Positions 40,627-54,679 of a DNA stretch of 64,000 nt are shown piece after piece (the stretch's first letter is position 1; every line of letters begins with the position of its first letter). A program made the position numbers and the translations under genes. This DNA comes from Octopus vulgaris. Its lineage: Eukaryota. A model generated the notes under the pieces. That model had not been told where the DNA came from. It saw only the letters and a program-made list of their open reading frames with translations, and made no database searches. Where the stretch lies: contig OX597831.1 of NCBI GenBank assembly GCA_951406725.2, positions 37,510,001-37,574,000 on the forward strand, written 5' to 3'.

Positions 40627-41404
40627 AGACGGAAACTATAAGAAAAGCTAAATATGTCTAATATACAAACCAACGGAATTATCCGGAATGCAACGCATCA
40701 GGTTATAGGCTTACTAGCTCAATATTGATCTCGGTCTGAATAATCAGGATGCTATTATATAGCCACCGTAGCTGCTACAAATAACAAGTGTATTTACCTA
40801 AACTCCTGAAATGGAAAGAAATTTGCAGTCTAATAGACCCAAATATACAAACAAACAAACACAGTGCAGTGTCTTTGACTACAAATGTGCTTGGCCAGGG
40901 ATAAACTGGGACTAAATAACAACATGTACAGTAGCAATTGTCACAGTAATATCATTTAATGTTATGTAATAGCGGCTTCGGTACAGTTTCCCATATAGAA
41001 ACGTTTACAAGTAAGAAAATTTGCATAGGATGGCATGTGTCATTCAGTGTCTATTTTTGTTTCTTTTCAACCCTAGGTCCGCTTAAATGGGAATACTGTA
41101 TGGTGGAAAACATTGTGACAGTGATCAACTACATCTTTTGAACTGAATAAAAGGACTAGGACCCGTAAGGAGTCATTTCTTTAAATAAAACGGTTAGGGT
41201 CTAGTCTTAAGGATGTTTAGCAGTTATTCAAATCGGCTTCCAGGGATACGTAATCCCTCGTCAAAAATGTCATTGCTTCGTAAAAAAAATGTAGTTTTTC
41301 TTGTCGGCACAAAAAAGTTTTGGAGATAAACCTGACCCCTGATAAGAGCAATCCATGTTAACTGTTAAGAAGAAACAAGATATGATTATATATATATATA
41401 TATA

Positions 41405-41885
41405 TTAGGCTGAATGAGATAACAAAGCGAAGGCTATATGGAGTTATCAAGACATTTATAAGGAAATAGCCTTATAGCTGTTTCTGATTCTTCTCCTCCC
41501 GACATCTATCCACAAACACTACCAATACATTCTCAAATGTTCATTCACACAGCAAAACACTTTGGAACGAGCAACACTGATTCCACGGCTCCATCCTTTG
41601 AAATGACTAAACATGAACTGCCATTGGAACTTACATACTATGTACAGGAAACTTTTAAACCACTTCTATACACCATTTTCCTCGAATAAAGGAACTACAA
41701 CCACAGTATCTTTATACATCTTATTTCTACTTTCATTCTCTGATTTCCCTCCATATTCCTCTCTCCTTTTCCATAATAATTCAAACTTAAATATTCCCTT
41801 TATTTAGCCTTCTCCCATCGTCTCTGATGAATGGATATCCATGACATCCGAGAAACAGCTTATCAATATCCGGAAAACTCCTTAC
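41405..41885. mobile_element. Inverted pair of Penelope-type terminal repeats with decayed hammerhead at 41819-41863 (+)
   Basis: 41405-41487 matches 1630-1705; on plus CATCGTCT-CTGATGA-ATGGAT...ATCC-GA-GAAA-CAGCT-TA matches the 1.7 kb hammerhead in opposite orientation. Confidence 0.6.
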
Positions 41886-41911
41886 AACATTGTGTATGTA
41901 TATGTATATGC

Positions 41912-42010
<99 letters not shown>

Positions 42011-42214
42011 TATGCATGCTAATTAGAGTCTTCGCTCGTATCATTATCGAAACAAGAGTTTAATTACGGTCTATCCATAGTAATTACCTAGCGTTAATTG
42101 ACACCCTTTGGGTCTTCTAGATATCAATACCTATCATGTACATACACACACATACACACACGCACACACATACACACATATATATATCATGCTTGACCGC
42201 CGAATCCACAAGTT

Positions 42215-42372
42215 TTGTTATTCTCTCTCTATTTATTTCCCCTTATTCCATTCTAATGAAGAGCGTATACTCGAAACGTAAAAGGCTCTCTCGCTTTCCC
42301 GAGCGTCAGACTAATACACCTGCTTGTTCATACACCTCTCTTCGCTTTTATTTTTTCTGCAAATTTCAACTA
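42215..42372 (+). mobile_element. Family H1 repeat with hammerhead-like motif at 42249-42284
   Basis: CATT-CTAATGA-A-GAGC-GTAT-ACTC-GAAA-CG-TA-AAAG, followed by the shared H1 3' part and (TA)n. Confidence 0.7.
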
Positions 42373-42471
<99 letters not shown>

Positions 42472-44160
42472 GTGTGTGTATATGTATGTATATATATGTG
42501 AGTGTATGTCTGTATATATATATATATATATATATAGATGTATATATATACATATATGCATACATACATACACATATTTAAAACGAGGTGTTGATTAGAT
42601 AATCAATAGACCAGAAGAAGAGAAGTCGTGTAAACAAGCAAGGGAAATGAGATTTCACATCAGTTTCGGATTTCTGCTTTGTTAATTTTGGACTGGAAAA
42701 GTAGCGGATATTTTACTGACAAAATAGAATAACAGAAATTAAATGAAAAAAAAAAGTGATATATTGTAATTCTAAAAACATAACTTACTGAAGGGAGTGA
42801 GGAAGCTATTTTGAAAATATAATGGAATTTTCTCTAGCGAATAGTTTTGCTTATCATGTTTGTAGGAAGTTAAGTTAATGTTAACATATTTACTAACGCC
42901 AGCAGTATTAAAAGGCTAACTAATAATAATTACGTGATTCAGAAAAGAAAAATATTAATCAAGGGCTGTTAACTGTTTAAGTAACACGCAGGGTAAATTC
43001 GGAAATATGTCCTTTACATGTAATCGTACACAGAAGGAAAGAAACGAAAAAGTGCAATAACTAATGTTTTTATTAAGTTATTTAATTCTACTCATATATT
43101 GAAAGTTCGAATAGCTATTAGTATTGATCCTCTGTTTTGTTTTTTTTTATTTCTCAACGTGATCGATATAAAAAGAGGAAGTAGTATATATTACATAGTC
43201 ATCTAAATTGACATATATATATTTCCTGTATAAAATTGCGGTCATATGCCAGTGTTGCTGTTACTCGTTATCATATATTTATAACACGCAACAGTACTTT
43301 TCACAAATAAATTTCAGTCATCAGTCATAAACGAGATGGAATAATCGATTATATTGAATTCGTCTATCATTACACACCTACAGAATTATTCAAGGCTTCT
43401 GCCTGATTTCAACACAAACGTAAAAAAAATGCTGTAGGTTCAGATTTGTAATCAACTGTGTCCGTCACACTGGCCATGCTATCAATCTAACGCCTTGAAA
43501 ACACTCATGATAGAAATTATGAATATGCCATTGGAAGTTAGTGATATTTCAGAACCAGAACTCACTATGATTTATAATCTCGGTTCCCTCACCTGAAGAC
43601 TTTCTGTTGCTTCATTTAAACATCAGGTGACATGTTCTGTAAAAGAAATGAAGCATTTCTAGGAATGCGAGTTAACGAACAAATTTTCATATATTTCCAA
43701 CATTAGTTCACTCCTTTAACGTTGCTAGTGGCGTTGAAAAAAGTCTTGATTCGTATTGCATGGCATTTATCTATCTAAATGATATAATGCTTACAAGTAT
43801 GAAAAATAATTCAAAATTTAAGATCACCTTGGTTGAACGAACAACTTGCTGTTGAGTGAATAAATTCTGCTTGTTATAATGAGCCAGGAAATAGAGTTAA
43901 CGCCCTTGTTTCATGTTCCATCCTCTTACTACATATTTCTTTGTATCTACACGAGAAACCAGCAATGATATTGTGACGAAGAGAGGAGCTCATATATGAT
44001 TGCTCGAGCGCGTAGCAACCAGCGTACTCCTAAAGACCATCCAGTCAAAGAAAGATAACTTAGTATTGGACTTTCCCTATATTTTGTAAAAGAAAATACG
44101 TTATTATCAAATTGGACTATCTTTCACCATAGGTTTTTTTGTAAGGAAGTCTGACCTAGT

Positions 44161-44341
44161 TCATTAGTTTCAGAAATCCAGATCTTTATGTTACCGGAAT
44201 AAACAAGCTTGTAACTCGTTGGCAAACATTTGTTGATTGTAATGGTACTCACTTTGATGAATAATATTTCCGTAGTGTTGAAATATATTGTGATGAATTT
44301 CATGCTTCAAAACCTTTGCTTACATTTTACTCAGACTGATA
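44161..44341 (+). mobile_element. Mariner transposase C-terminus and degenerate 3' TIR
   Basis: PDLYVTGINKLVTRWQTFVDCNGTHFDE* matches the mariner GI.KLV.RW..C.D..G.YFD ending. Confidence 0.8.
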
Positions 44342-44790
44342 TTTAAATTAAATATGTCTTGGTAACTGGGAAACCTGTAAACATCTGCCGTTACATTGGA
44401 TCTTGTTACTTAAATTACATATATGTATTTGAGTAAATACACAAATATATTGTAAGATACATGTTTAACATTCATATACATACTTCAATAAATAATCAAC
44501 CAACAAACTGCGTGTAATGCGGTATTTATGCAAATCGGATTCAAAGGTTTAGTGACCTTCAAATTTAGTCTCTTTAAATAATATACTTTTGTTAATATAC
44601 AGATCGTTATATGGTTCCTTAAGAGATTTCTAAAAGGACTAAACTGATCGAAAGGATTATATTATTTTTATTTTCAAAATTTCAAGAGTTTTCGAAAAGA
44701 CGGTTGTTTACTATTGTGATATTTATTAAAAGGAATAGTTATTGCGACGTCGACTGAATTATTGCATTCATTCTAAGGTATATTGTATAT

Positions 44791-45685
44791 ATTGTGTTGT
44801 CAAACAATTTCGTTCGTTTTTGGTAATATGGTAATCCATATTTCTTATCTATACATTTAATAAACGATAAAATGATATATTCTCCTTTATTTTCCACGAC
44901 TTCTTGTCAACGTTCCATTAGCCTGTTCATGCCGTTAAGATAGTAGTCACCAGATCTCGACTCGAAAATTTCATCAATCTATCTACGTTTTCAGTTCCAT
45001 GAAGTTTTACTGAATGAAACGCCTCACAATCTCTTAGAGAAATACCGGAAAATACAACAGTCTGAAAGCACGATACCAAGAGAATACGTCTGGTGCGGTA
45101 GAACAACCAAACCGAGGCCTTGAATTTTTGTTCAAAATAGCGACGCGAAGTGACCGTTGTGTAGTTAAGGGAGCAAGCCGTGTAAAGACTTTCGACCTTA
45201 CCCAAAGTCAAGGCTGACGGTATCATGTGAGATTCCAATCTGCTGATATGATCTAGAGTATTGGCTCGGATACTCATGTATAAGCTCCTTCAATCAATCC
45301 TCATTGACCTGCGCAGGTCAGCCGGGACGAGGAGAGTCGAAGTTCCGCTCCAAAGAACGTGAAAACATTTTCATGCATTTCTTTGTGTGATACAACCCTC
45401 TCCGCACACAACACAAATGATTCAAGTGGATTTGGCAGCTTTGGAATTTCGACCAAAATCAATCAAAGAGAAACGAATTTCTGAAATACTAAATTATTTT
45501 CCACTTGTTTCTCTCTCCTCATCGTCATGTATTTGAAAGCTGTTAAAATATTTTCAAAAATGCTAAACAAAAGTGGTAGTGAAACAATGGAGTGAGAGGA
45601 AAAAGAAACAAAGGACACTACAATAAAACTACTTTTCCTATCAATTCAAATAAAATTGAAAACAAACGAATAAATTGATTTGACA

Positions 45686-45690
<5 letters not shown>
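44791..45690 (-). mobile_element. Internally deleted mariner element with both TIRs
   Basis: TIRs tgttgtcaaacaattt / aaattgatttgacaaca; minus-strand remnants SPRPG*PAQVNED*LKELIHEYP, VLPHQTYSLGIVLSDCCIFR (cf. VLPHPPYSPDLAPSDYHLFR) and GMNRLMER*QEVVENKGEYII. Confidence 0.82.
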
Positions 45691-45737
<47 letters not shown>

Positions 45738-45787
45738 GTACATACATACATGCATAAATACATGAATACATACAGATATACATACAA

Positions 45788-45845
<58 letters not shown>

Positions 45846-45854
45846 CACAACAAC

Positions 45855-45990
45855 AATTGCAGCGTGGAAGGTGTTTATAAGTCATTTAAAAACACAGAAA
45901 AAGCGTTAGATTTACTTCAACATTTAAATTTAATTTGTCAAAATACTTTCATCGCTTTGAGACCACGACCTGTTTACTGACAAAATACCG
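45855..45990 (-). mobile_element. Family H2 repeat fragment with degenerate G3-C8 hammerhead (45934-45984)
   Basis: Minus TTTGTCA-GTAAACA-G-GTCGT...GCGAT-GAAA-GTAT-TT-TGACAAA. Confidence 0.75.
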
Positions 45991-46329
45991 TGATATATAT
46001 ATTATATGTATATGTATGTATGTATGTATGTATGTATTTACATACATATATATGTATATATAATAGCAAATGAGGATTCTTGATAGAATCATGTACTTAA
46101 ACGGTAGAGTTTCGTAAACCTATAGTCACTAACCACACCACAAAATGTTTGTTGGTTTTTCTTCCTTTTCACGGTCAGTTGCGGCTGGCTTCAGGCATGT
46201 TTCCACTGTGCTCTTGGGATATTCTATTGTTTTAAAACTATGTTTCATCTAATGATTACGGTTTTCTGAAATGATAAAATATATTAAATTTTCTATTAAA
46301 AATGGTAAGAAACATAAAACTTGCTTGGA

Positions 46330-46745
46330 AAAGGATGCGTGGCGTTCGATCATATAACATTATAAATAATATATACATATATGCATATATACATACATAT
46401 ATGTACATACGTACATATATATGTATATATACATGCATATATGGGTACAGGACATCAAAAAAACGTTGAACACAATGAGAAACGAAAACATAAAAACATA
46501 AACGTAGAAACGAATATTTTTTCGAACAACGAAAAGACAGAGAAACGAGACATAAAACATAAAGAATATTCCCCTTCTTCAGCTGTTCCTGTTTCATCTA
46601 CTCCACGTTCCGAAGGTAAGGACAAGACGCGACTTCGTTGAAACAGTTCTTCCCGCAAAGCAACTTAAATAAAATTCGGGAATTTTTTGCGGAGGGTGAA
46701 AGTGGTAACAAGAAAAGAACAGTGAAACCAAAAAAGTAACAACAT
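46330..46745. mobile_element. Unclassified ~400-bp interspersed repeat, copy 1
   Basis: Inverted homologue at ~57110-57500 (cccttcttcagctgttcctgtttcatctactcc vs ggagtagatgaaacagggacaactgatgaaggg). Confidence 0.75.
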
Positions 46746-46830
46746 ATATCACTTTAAATCGGAGTATATATATATATATATTATTATATAGTTATTATTG
46801 TACTAATAGACTTCCATAATATCTCCGTGT

Positions 46831-46871
<41 letters not shown>

Positions 46872-47387
46872 TAACCGTATGTGTATGTCTGTGTAAACGT
46901 GTCAGTGCTAATGTTTAACATTTGAAATGTACACACCAGAAATAGTGCGGCTAGTTCGGAAATTTTATTTATTAGTTACTAATGTAACTGTAAAAATGTG
47001 CAATGCATTTTAAAAGTTCAGTTATTATATGATATATATATACACAGGCATATGATCAACTGCATAAATAAATTAAAAAAGCTATGAATATGTAGAAACG
47101 TAATGGAATTCAATTAAACGTAAACATACAAACGTGTGGAAATATGTAGATATTATACTTATATTGATTATGTAATCGATGTTTAGTTTGCAGTAAGAAA
47201 GCCAGACATGTTGCTGAATAGGAAGCAATATCATTCGGTATTAAAGAGGACATTTAAAATAAAAACAGATTAGACAAACTGATAAATTTTCACACATACA
47301 TACAAAAACACTCACACACACACACCAACACACACAAACACACATATAAATACGCAAGCACAGAAACATACTAACGTAAATACATTC

Positions 47388-47583
47388 ATACATACATACA
47401 TACATAATGCATACATACATAGTACATACATACATAATGCATACATACATAGTACATACATACATAATGCATACATACGTAGTACATACATACATAATGC
47501 ATACATACATAGTACATACATACATAATGCATACATACATAGTACATACATACATAATGCATACATACATAGTACATACATAC
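47388..47583. repeat. 30-bp minisatellite (TACATAATGCATACATACATAGTACATACA) x ~6.5
   Basis: Unit is in register with the 60-bp lines 47401-47580; one substitution. Confidence 0.95.
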
Positions 47584-48480
47584 AAGTAAACACACACATA
47601 CATATGTACATATATATACATACATGGATATAATATTATTAAATATATATTAATACGTGCAGACGAAAAAATGTAAAATTGCTTACGAAATTATGAGAAA
47701 AGAATGCATTAATCAACGAATGAGAGAAGGAATGAGTCTATGAATGCAAATGGATTGAAATATGCTGTGATGTGTATAAGTTTCAATTTTATGCAAATAT
47801 TTTAACACTGGGGAAAACTGGGTCCAAATAATAAACGTTTATGTCGATGTTGCTAGAGATTTGCTTGTCAGTTCTTTGTCCTTAACCAGTCTCATGCTCT
47901 GATGCTCCAGCAAGCACTGACTCTCATGGCTTCCGATCTTAACTGATTAGAAGTGTTATCATGTGCACTGTTTTGTCTTGGCATAAAAGATGGGCTACAG
48001 CAAATATTCTGCTCAATACCACAGATTTGTTTGTCAGTTGCTTGACCGTAACCAGTTGAGTATGTCCCTTAGTGGCTGACGATATGTGCATCTCTGAACA
48101 AAAGCAGAAGTATTGGGGGAGTAACTTAGCCATGTGTTCAGAGGAATTCTTTGGAGTTTGAATAACTCACCTCTGGAAAAATGAGTGTTTCATTCATCAT
48201 CCTTAAACAAATCCTATTCAGAGATCTTTAGAATGGAATGGGCCACTTGAGTTGAAGAAAATATTAACTGGGTGCCACCTGCAAAGTCATGCACTGTATA
48301 TCTTGATATGAGATCACCATGTCACGCACATGGCGTTGTGATGCATGAGCGTGGCAAAAACTTATCAGACGGATAATCATGATGTTTATACTGGGCTTCG
48401 TATAATTCTACCCTAGTGCCACTTAGATGACATGCCCTACTCTCTCAGTCAATACTACTCCTAATACTAATAATAATAGT

Positions 48481-48748
48481 ATACGAAGGTTGTGGTTAAT
48501 GAAGATAGTGGAGGTGATACCAATGGTACTTGGTGTTGGAAGTATCAGCACTCAACTACCAACATGGCTGAAAAAGATCGGTGCAAATGAAAAGGTAGAG
48601 CCCTTACAAAAATCAGTATTTCTCTGAACTGCAGGAATTCTTCGCACCGTTCTTCAAGCATGACCAGTAAATAAGTGTCATCTTAGTCTGCTGGTTGTGA
48701 ACAGCTGAGACTTTCCCACATAAACAGCAAAATAAGCTGTGAGTTTCC
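48481..48748 (+). mobile_element. 5'-truncated R4/Dong-type retrotransposon 3' end in a (TAA)n array
   Basis: IRRLWLMKIVEVIPMVLGVGSISTQLPTWLKKIG...LQKSVFL*TAGILRTVL matches the R4/Dong C-terminus (LW..V.VIP.V.GALG...LQK..L.GTA.ILR.VL); TAA repeats on both sides. Confidence 0.8.
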
Positions 48749-49120
<372 letters not shown>

Positions 49121-49347
49121 AGAAGACGGCGACGACGATGTGAAGGATGAGGTAAGGTGAAACCAACGAAACTAAGAAAACCAGTGCAAGGAATCACTGT
49201 GTCAATGCTAAATTGAGATTTATTTCCATAGTCATAAACAAAAACTGCGTGTTGGCAATGGATTAAAAATGAATAGATACAAGAAAAGAGGAGGTGTATT
49301 TCAACATTCTTGAAATGTAATATATAGCCGCACAGCAAATGTTCGTA

Positions 49348-49387
<40 letters not shown>

Positions 49388-49403
49388 TATATATATATAT
49401 ATG

Positions 49404-49477
<74 letters not shown>

Positions 49478-49478
<1 letters not shown>

Positions 49479-49640
49479 TTGGAAATTTATTAAAAAACAA
49501 AAGACGAAGACAGGTGTATAAACAAGAAGATGTTTTAGTTAAACGCTCGGGAAGGTGAGCAAGTCTTTTACGTTTCGAGTCTATCTCTTCAATAGAAAGG
49601 AACACGAGGAAATAAATATTGAGATAAAAAGTTTTAGAGC
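49478..49640 (-). mobile_element. Family H1 repeat with hammerhead-like motif at 49565-49599
   Basis: Minus CTTT-CTATTGA-A-GAGA-TAG-ACTC-GAAA-CG-TA-AAAG. Confidence 0.7.
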
Positions 49641-49664
49641 TAGCGGTCAATCATTGGTTAGAGT

Positions 49665-49803
49665 GTCGACGTCGCCTTTCATCATTTCGGGGTCGATAAA
49701 TAAAGTACCAGTTACGCACTGGGGTCGATATAATCGACTCAATCCATTTGTCTGTCCCTGTTTGTCCTCTCTATGTTTATCCCCTCGTGGGCAATAAAGA
49801 AAT
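49665..49803 (+). mobile_element. SINE family B, 3' part
   Basis: gcctttcatcatttcggggtcgataaataaagtaccagttacgcactggggtcgat. Confidence 0.85.
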
Positions 49804-50747
49804 AATATATATATATATATCAATAATTAAAATATTGCAATGTGAAGTAGCTGTTATACACAATAATTTCAAGTATAAGAAAATGGCTTTTAGATAGAGA
49901 ACAAATATTGAAATATTACCATTCAGTTGAATAGGAAAATACTGATTCAGTTTGATTTGCCAGGTGTTACAAGACATTACACGCTACTTCCTAACGCACA
50001 CACCTCGTTTTAATGCCACGTACGTCTAACAAATATGCCGCAGTGAATTTCATATGGGAAATGCATTATTATAAATGTATCCGTGAGATAACTACTGTTA
50101 AAGATTGCTACGGAACTAATACAAGGGTAAATAGTATTTTTCTAAAGCTTGTTTCGTAATTGCTGTTATCAGTTCGATACAACAATAATGGCTTCTAACC
50201 TCTTCACGAAGTCAATATGTGTATGTATATAATCGCTTAATCTTAACTACCAGTTCTTGACAGCTACTTTATCTAATTAAGCCTTTATTTAATTAAGTGG
50301 AAGTTAATGTTGTATAACGGCGGGATTTAAATTCACAAGGTCAAGAATCGTAACCAAATAATGCTTTAATATTGTGTTAATCGACCAATGTTAATGCTTC
50401 TAATACCCAAAATGCGTCGCGTATCATAATTCCATGACACTTCACTTGTATCAGGTCGCGTTTAATGACACGTATGCACGCTATGTTTTCCCTAGGTCCT
50501 CTACAGATCCCTCTACTACTATTAAATAACAGAAAACGTTTCTGTTGAATATATTGCATTCGTCATTTGGTCGTGCAGATCTTATTGAAAAAGATAAAGG
50601 GTGCTATACGCCATTCTGCAAAGAATTGTATGCGCCAGTAATGTTACATCCACATACACTCACACAGACATAAGTACACCCAAACACATACAGACACATA
50701 CACACCGACACGCACGCACACACACGCACATACAGATATATGTGTGT

Positions 50748-50777
<30 letters not shown>

Positions 50778-50780
<3 letters not shown>

Positions 50781-50947
50781 AAGGCACATGGCTCATTGGT
50801 TAGAGTGTCGAGCTTACGATCTTGTGTTTGTGAGCTCGAATCCCGGACCGGGCTGCGTGTTGTTTTCTTGAGCAAGACACTTTATTTCACGTTGCTCCAG
50901 TTCACTCAGCTGTAGAAATGAGTTGCGACTTCACAGGTGCCAAACTG
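50778..50947 (+). mobile_element. SINE family C, 5' half
   Basis: Matches 17181-17348. Confidence 0.88.
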
Positions 50948-50974
50948 CATATATTCATATATATATATGACAGA

Positions 50975-51150
50975 TCATTAGCCATTACACACATTTTTTT
51001 CTCTACTTGTTTTTTTCTGTGTCCCTTTCAGTAGAAGAACGTAGGCTCGAAACGCAAAAGACTTTTTCTATTCCTGAGTGTTATACTAATACATCTGTTT
51101 GCTTTGTACACCACCTGTCTTCGTCTTTTGTTTTTTCGTAAACTCTCCCC

Positions 51151-51152
<2 letters not shown>
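50975..51152 (+). mobile_element. Family H1 repeat with hammerhead-like motif at 51025-51060
   Basis: CTTT-CAGTAGA-A-GAAC-GTAG-GCTC-GAAA-CG-CA-AAAG. Confidence 0.7.
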
Positions 51153-51214
<62 letters not shown>

Positions 51215-52399
51215 GTATGTATATGTATATACATCCATTAAAGGCAACGCGCGATAAGAATCAAGAAAGTTGTAATCCGAGTAAATTAATTGTAGCAGTC
51301 TAAATCAGATTGTAATTGCAACCCGAATACTGCGTGGTGTTAAGGTAGACGGTGAGAAGTAGCAGTGAAACCGAGAAGTAAGCAGAAGAGAAGGCGGGGA
51401 TGTCCGAGACTGTAGGAAGTTTCAGTCGGGCAGGATGGTACCGTTCCCTTCTTATTTTTGTACCAAATATATGCACAAACACTTGTTAGATGCATAAGAA
51501 GTGCGCCCATGCTTGTTTGTAAGTCATTAAGACGTTTCCCTGTCATTACGTCTTCTCAAATCAATGAATTCCCAATCTCGCATGGTTTCTTTCATTTCTC
51601 CACCTAGTCACTCCTTCGCACCCTCTACTAGCGCTCGCTTTTTTTCTTTTCTCTCACTTTTCCAACTCAGGCTATTTCCTCACATCGTCCTCTCTCTCTT
51701 TCAACGATCCTATTGCCTATATCTTTCAACATCAGTTGGCATTTCTCTAACTACTTACCTCTATGTTTATCTATCTAACTAGCTTTCTGTTTGTCTGTGT
51801 GTCTATCTTGAAAGCTATTATTCACTTATTACATATATTCAAAGATATGAGTTTCAATCTACGCGTACATGTGTGTCTGTCACTCTGTCTGTATGTATGT
51901 ATATGTGAAAGTATGTATCTATGGATGGATGGGTAGATGGAGGTGTGTATGTGTATGCGTGTCTGTCTGTATGAAAAGATGTACGGATGTATGCATGAAA
52001 GGGTGGATCGGTGTGTATGCATATGGATGTGCGTGTCTGTATGTATGAATGCATGAATGGATGGATGAATATATGCATATGTGTGCGTGTCTGTCTGTAT
52101 GTATATATGCATTCATGGATGGATTAATGTGTATATGTATGTGTGTGTGTGTGTATGTGTATGTCTGTCTGTATGTATGGATAGATGCATGGATGGATGT
52201 GTGTGCACATGTATGCATATGCATGTGTGTATGTGTAGAAAGAGGGAGAAAGAACTTACATACACGAATACAAGTGTGTCTGGGTGCGTGTGTGTACTAC
52301 ATCGTGTGCGCTTGCATGACTTTATGTACTCCATAAATCATGGTGGAGTATCGAACCCACTCTCGTTGCAGGCCCTCGAGGATAATCCAGTGAGAGACG

Positions 52400-53348
52400 C
52401 AACTTACTTTCAGCTTAGACTAATTCCGTTCGACAACCAGAGGCAACACATTATAACAAATCATATATTTGAAACATATTGCTGAAGCAGCGGTATAGAA
52501 ACTGTGAAACTCGTAGAAATATACCCTTGGGGAGACAGGAATTCAGAAGATAATGAAGTGTTAATAGAATCATAAATCAAACGGAAGAATATGAAAATGC
52601 ATAAAATATGACAATAATTAAACTGAAAACCTTACTAAATCAGACATAATACTAACAGACATATAATGTGGAATTTCAAAGCAAATATGAAAAGCTCATC
52701 TACTATGAAGAAAATACACCAAAGCCGCGTAATGAAGAGCAAATGGAAGGAATATAGAAGACAATTAGAATTTGCATGCAAATATCTCTAAAGAAAATAC
52801 TTCCTGTAGGTGAAAAGATTAAGAAGAAAAATGGACGAGTGATGATATTTCATCAAAAATGGACGAAGAAATACATAAATACGAAAAGAAAGACCAGAAT
52901 AGATTTAGCAGCTTAAATAAAGAGATCTGTTCGGAATGTACAAAAGTAAAAACCAAATGGCTGGATGATCAATGCCAAGAAGTTGAAAAACTTAATAACT
53001 AGCATAAATCCAAAGAAATGTATGATAAAATAAATGTGATCACAAACCATAAATGCATGCGTAAACCAAGTGGTAACATTAAGGACAAAAATGGAAACAT
53101 ACTGTTTGATCATGTGTAGATTGCATCTAGATAGGTAGGATACATAAAAGAAGTGTACGATGGTGAATGCAGACCGCCCATGCTTAATTTCGAAGCAGCT
53201 AATGGAAACAAAATCTTGAAAGAAGTATAAAAGGCAATAAAGTCAATGTAAAGATGAAAAGGCAACTGGGGCGGATGAAATAGCGGCAGAGGCATTAAAA
53301 GAATTAGATAACCACCACCTGGGTCTAATAACAGACTTATGTACTGTA

Positions 53349-53402
<54 letters not shown>

Positions 53403-53480
53403 ACATGCCAGACGAAATGAAGCAATCTATCTTGGTTCAATTTCCAAAGAAACTGAATTCTCAGGATTACACAAAATTTT
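52400..53480 (+). pseudogene. Degenerate RTE-clade LINE ORF, upstream part
   Basis: Frameshifted WLDDQCQEVEKL, IKDKNGNILFD and KAIKSM...KATGADEIAAEALKELD, typical of the RTE region preceding the RT. Confidence 0.75.
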
Positions 53481-53483
53481 TAA

Positions 53484-53636
53484 GAGTGGCTATGCCGTAA
53501 GCAGCTTGCTTCCCAATCACATGGTTCCGAGTTTCGTGTCACCACGTGGCACCTTGGTTAAGTGTCTTCTGCTATTGCCTCGGGCCGACCAAAGCCTTGT
53601 GAGTGGATTTGGTAGACGGAATATAAAAGTCCGTCG

Positions 53637-53732
<96 letters not shown>

Positions 53733-53952
53733 TGTGTGCGTGTGTATTTGCGTGTCTGTGGTTGTCACTCCACCATCACTTCACAACCGCTGTTTGTGTG
53801 TTTACGTTTGCGTAACTTAGCGGTTCGGTCAAAGAGACCGATAGAATGAGCACTAGGCTTACAAAGAATACTTCCGGGGGTCGATTAACTCAACTAAAGG
53901 TGGTGCTCCAGTATGGCCGCAGTCAAATGATTGAAACTGGTAAAAGAGTAAA
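53484..53952 (+). mobile_element. Near full-length SINE family A inserted in the RTE remnant
   Basis: Collinear with 12843-13259. Confidence 0.88.
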
Positions 53953-54057
53953 CGACTTCTAACATTTATAGTACAAAGAATTTGAAGAATAAGCGAAAAA
54001 GAAAAGAAAAGATTCAACTGCGAGGAGAAATTAGACCAAATACCAGTACATATAAAA

Positions 54058-54317
54058 TTGTGATTCACAAACTTTTTCAGGCTGCTGCCCCCTTGACACC
54101 AAGGCCACATTCCTAGTGCCCCCATCCCAACTAACGTCTTTCTGATGCAAATTCAAAGCAAATGTATTTCACAAATAAAACGTAACCTAACGAACCCATA
54201 ACGTTGTTTGTTTTACATGAATCGCTACCCCATCATCACCCCACTTTTTTTCAACGACCCCTTTGGAACTTTCCACCGCCCCTACGGGAACAATATCACC
54301 CACTTTGGGAACCACTG
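54058..54317. mobile_element. Probable hAT-type MITE
   Basis: Right end tttgggaaccactg (CAGTGGTTCCCAAA on minus) and decayed left end ttgtgattcacaaac resemble Charlie-type TIRs. Confidence 0.55.
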
Positions 54318-54469
54318 ATATAAAAGTATGTTTAAGCTAAGCGCTAAATTAAGGGAATTTAGGTGTTTTAGAAATTACATCGAAGTAGTAGACTGGGTAA
54401 TATATGCAAAGATGGTCACGTCCATCAGAATTTGCGATATGCAGTAGAGCTATCTCGGTAAGTGGTTAA

Positions 54470-54672
54470 AACTTTGGTACAAGGCCAGCAATTTCAGGAG
54501 TTGGGTAAGGGGATTATATCGAGACCAGTGTTCAAATGGTACCTGTTCTATCGAATTCGAAAGAATGAAAGCAAAATCGACCTCGACAACCATTGAGCTC
54601 AGAACGTAAAGACAGAAGAAATACCAGTGAGAATTTTGTACGACGCTGTAATAGTTTTGCCAGCTCGCCGCA
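54470..54672 (-). mobile_element. SINE family B, diverged copy
   Basis: gattatatcgagaccagtg...gagctcagaacgtaaagacagaagaaatac...ccagctcgccg. Confidence 0.75.
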
Positions 54673-54679
54673 TTAAAGA

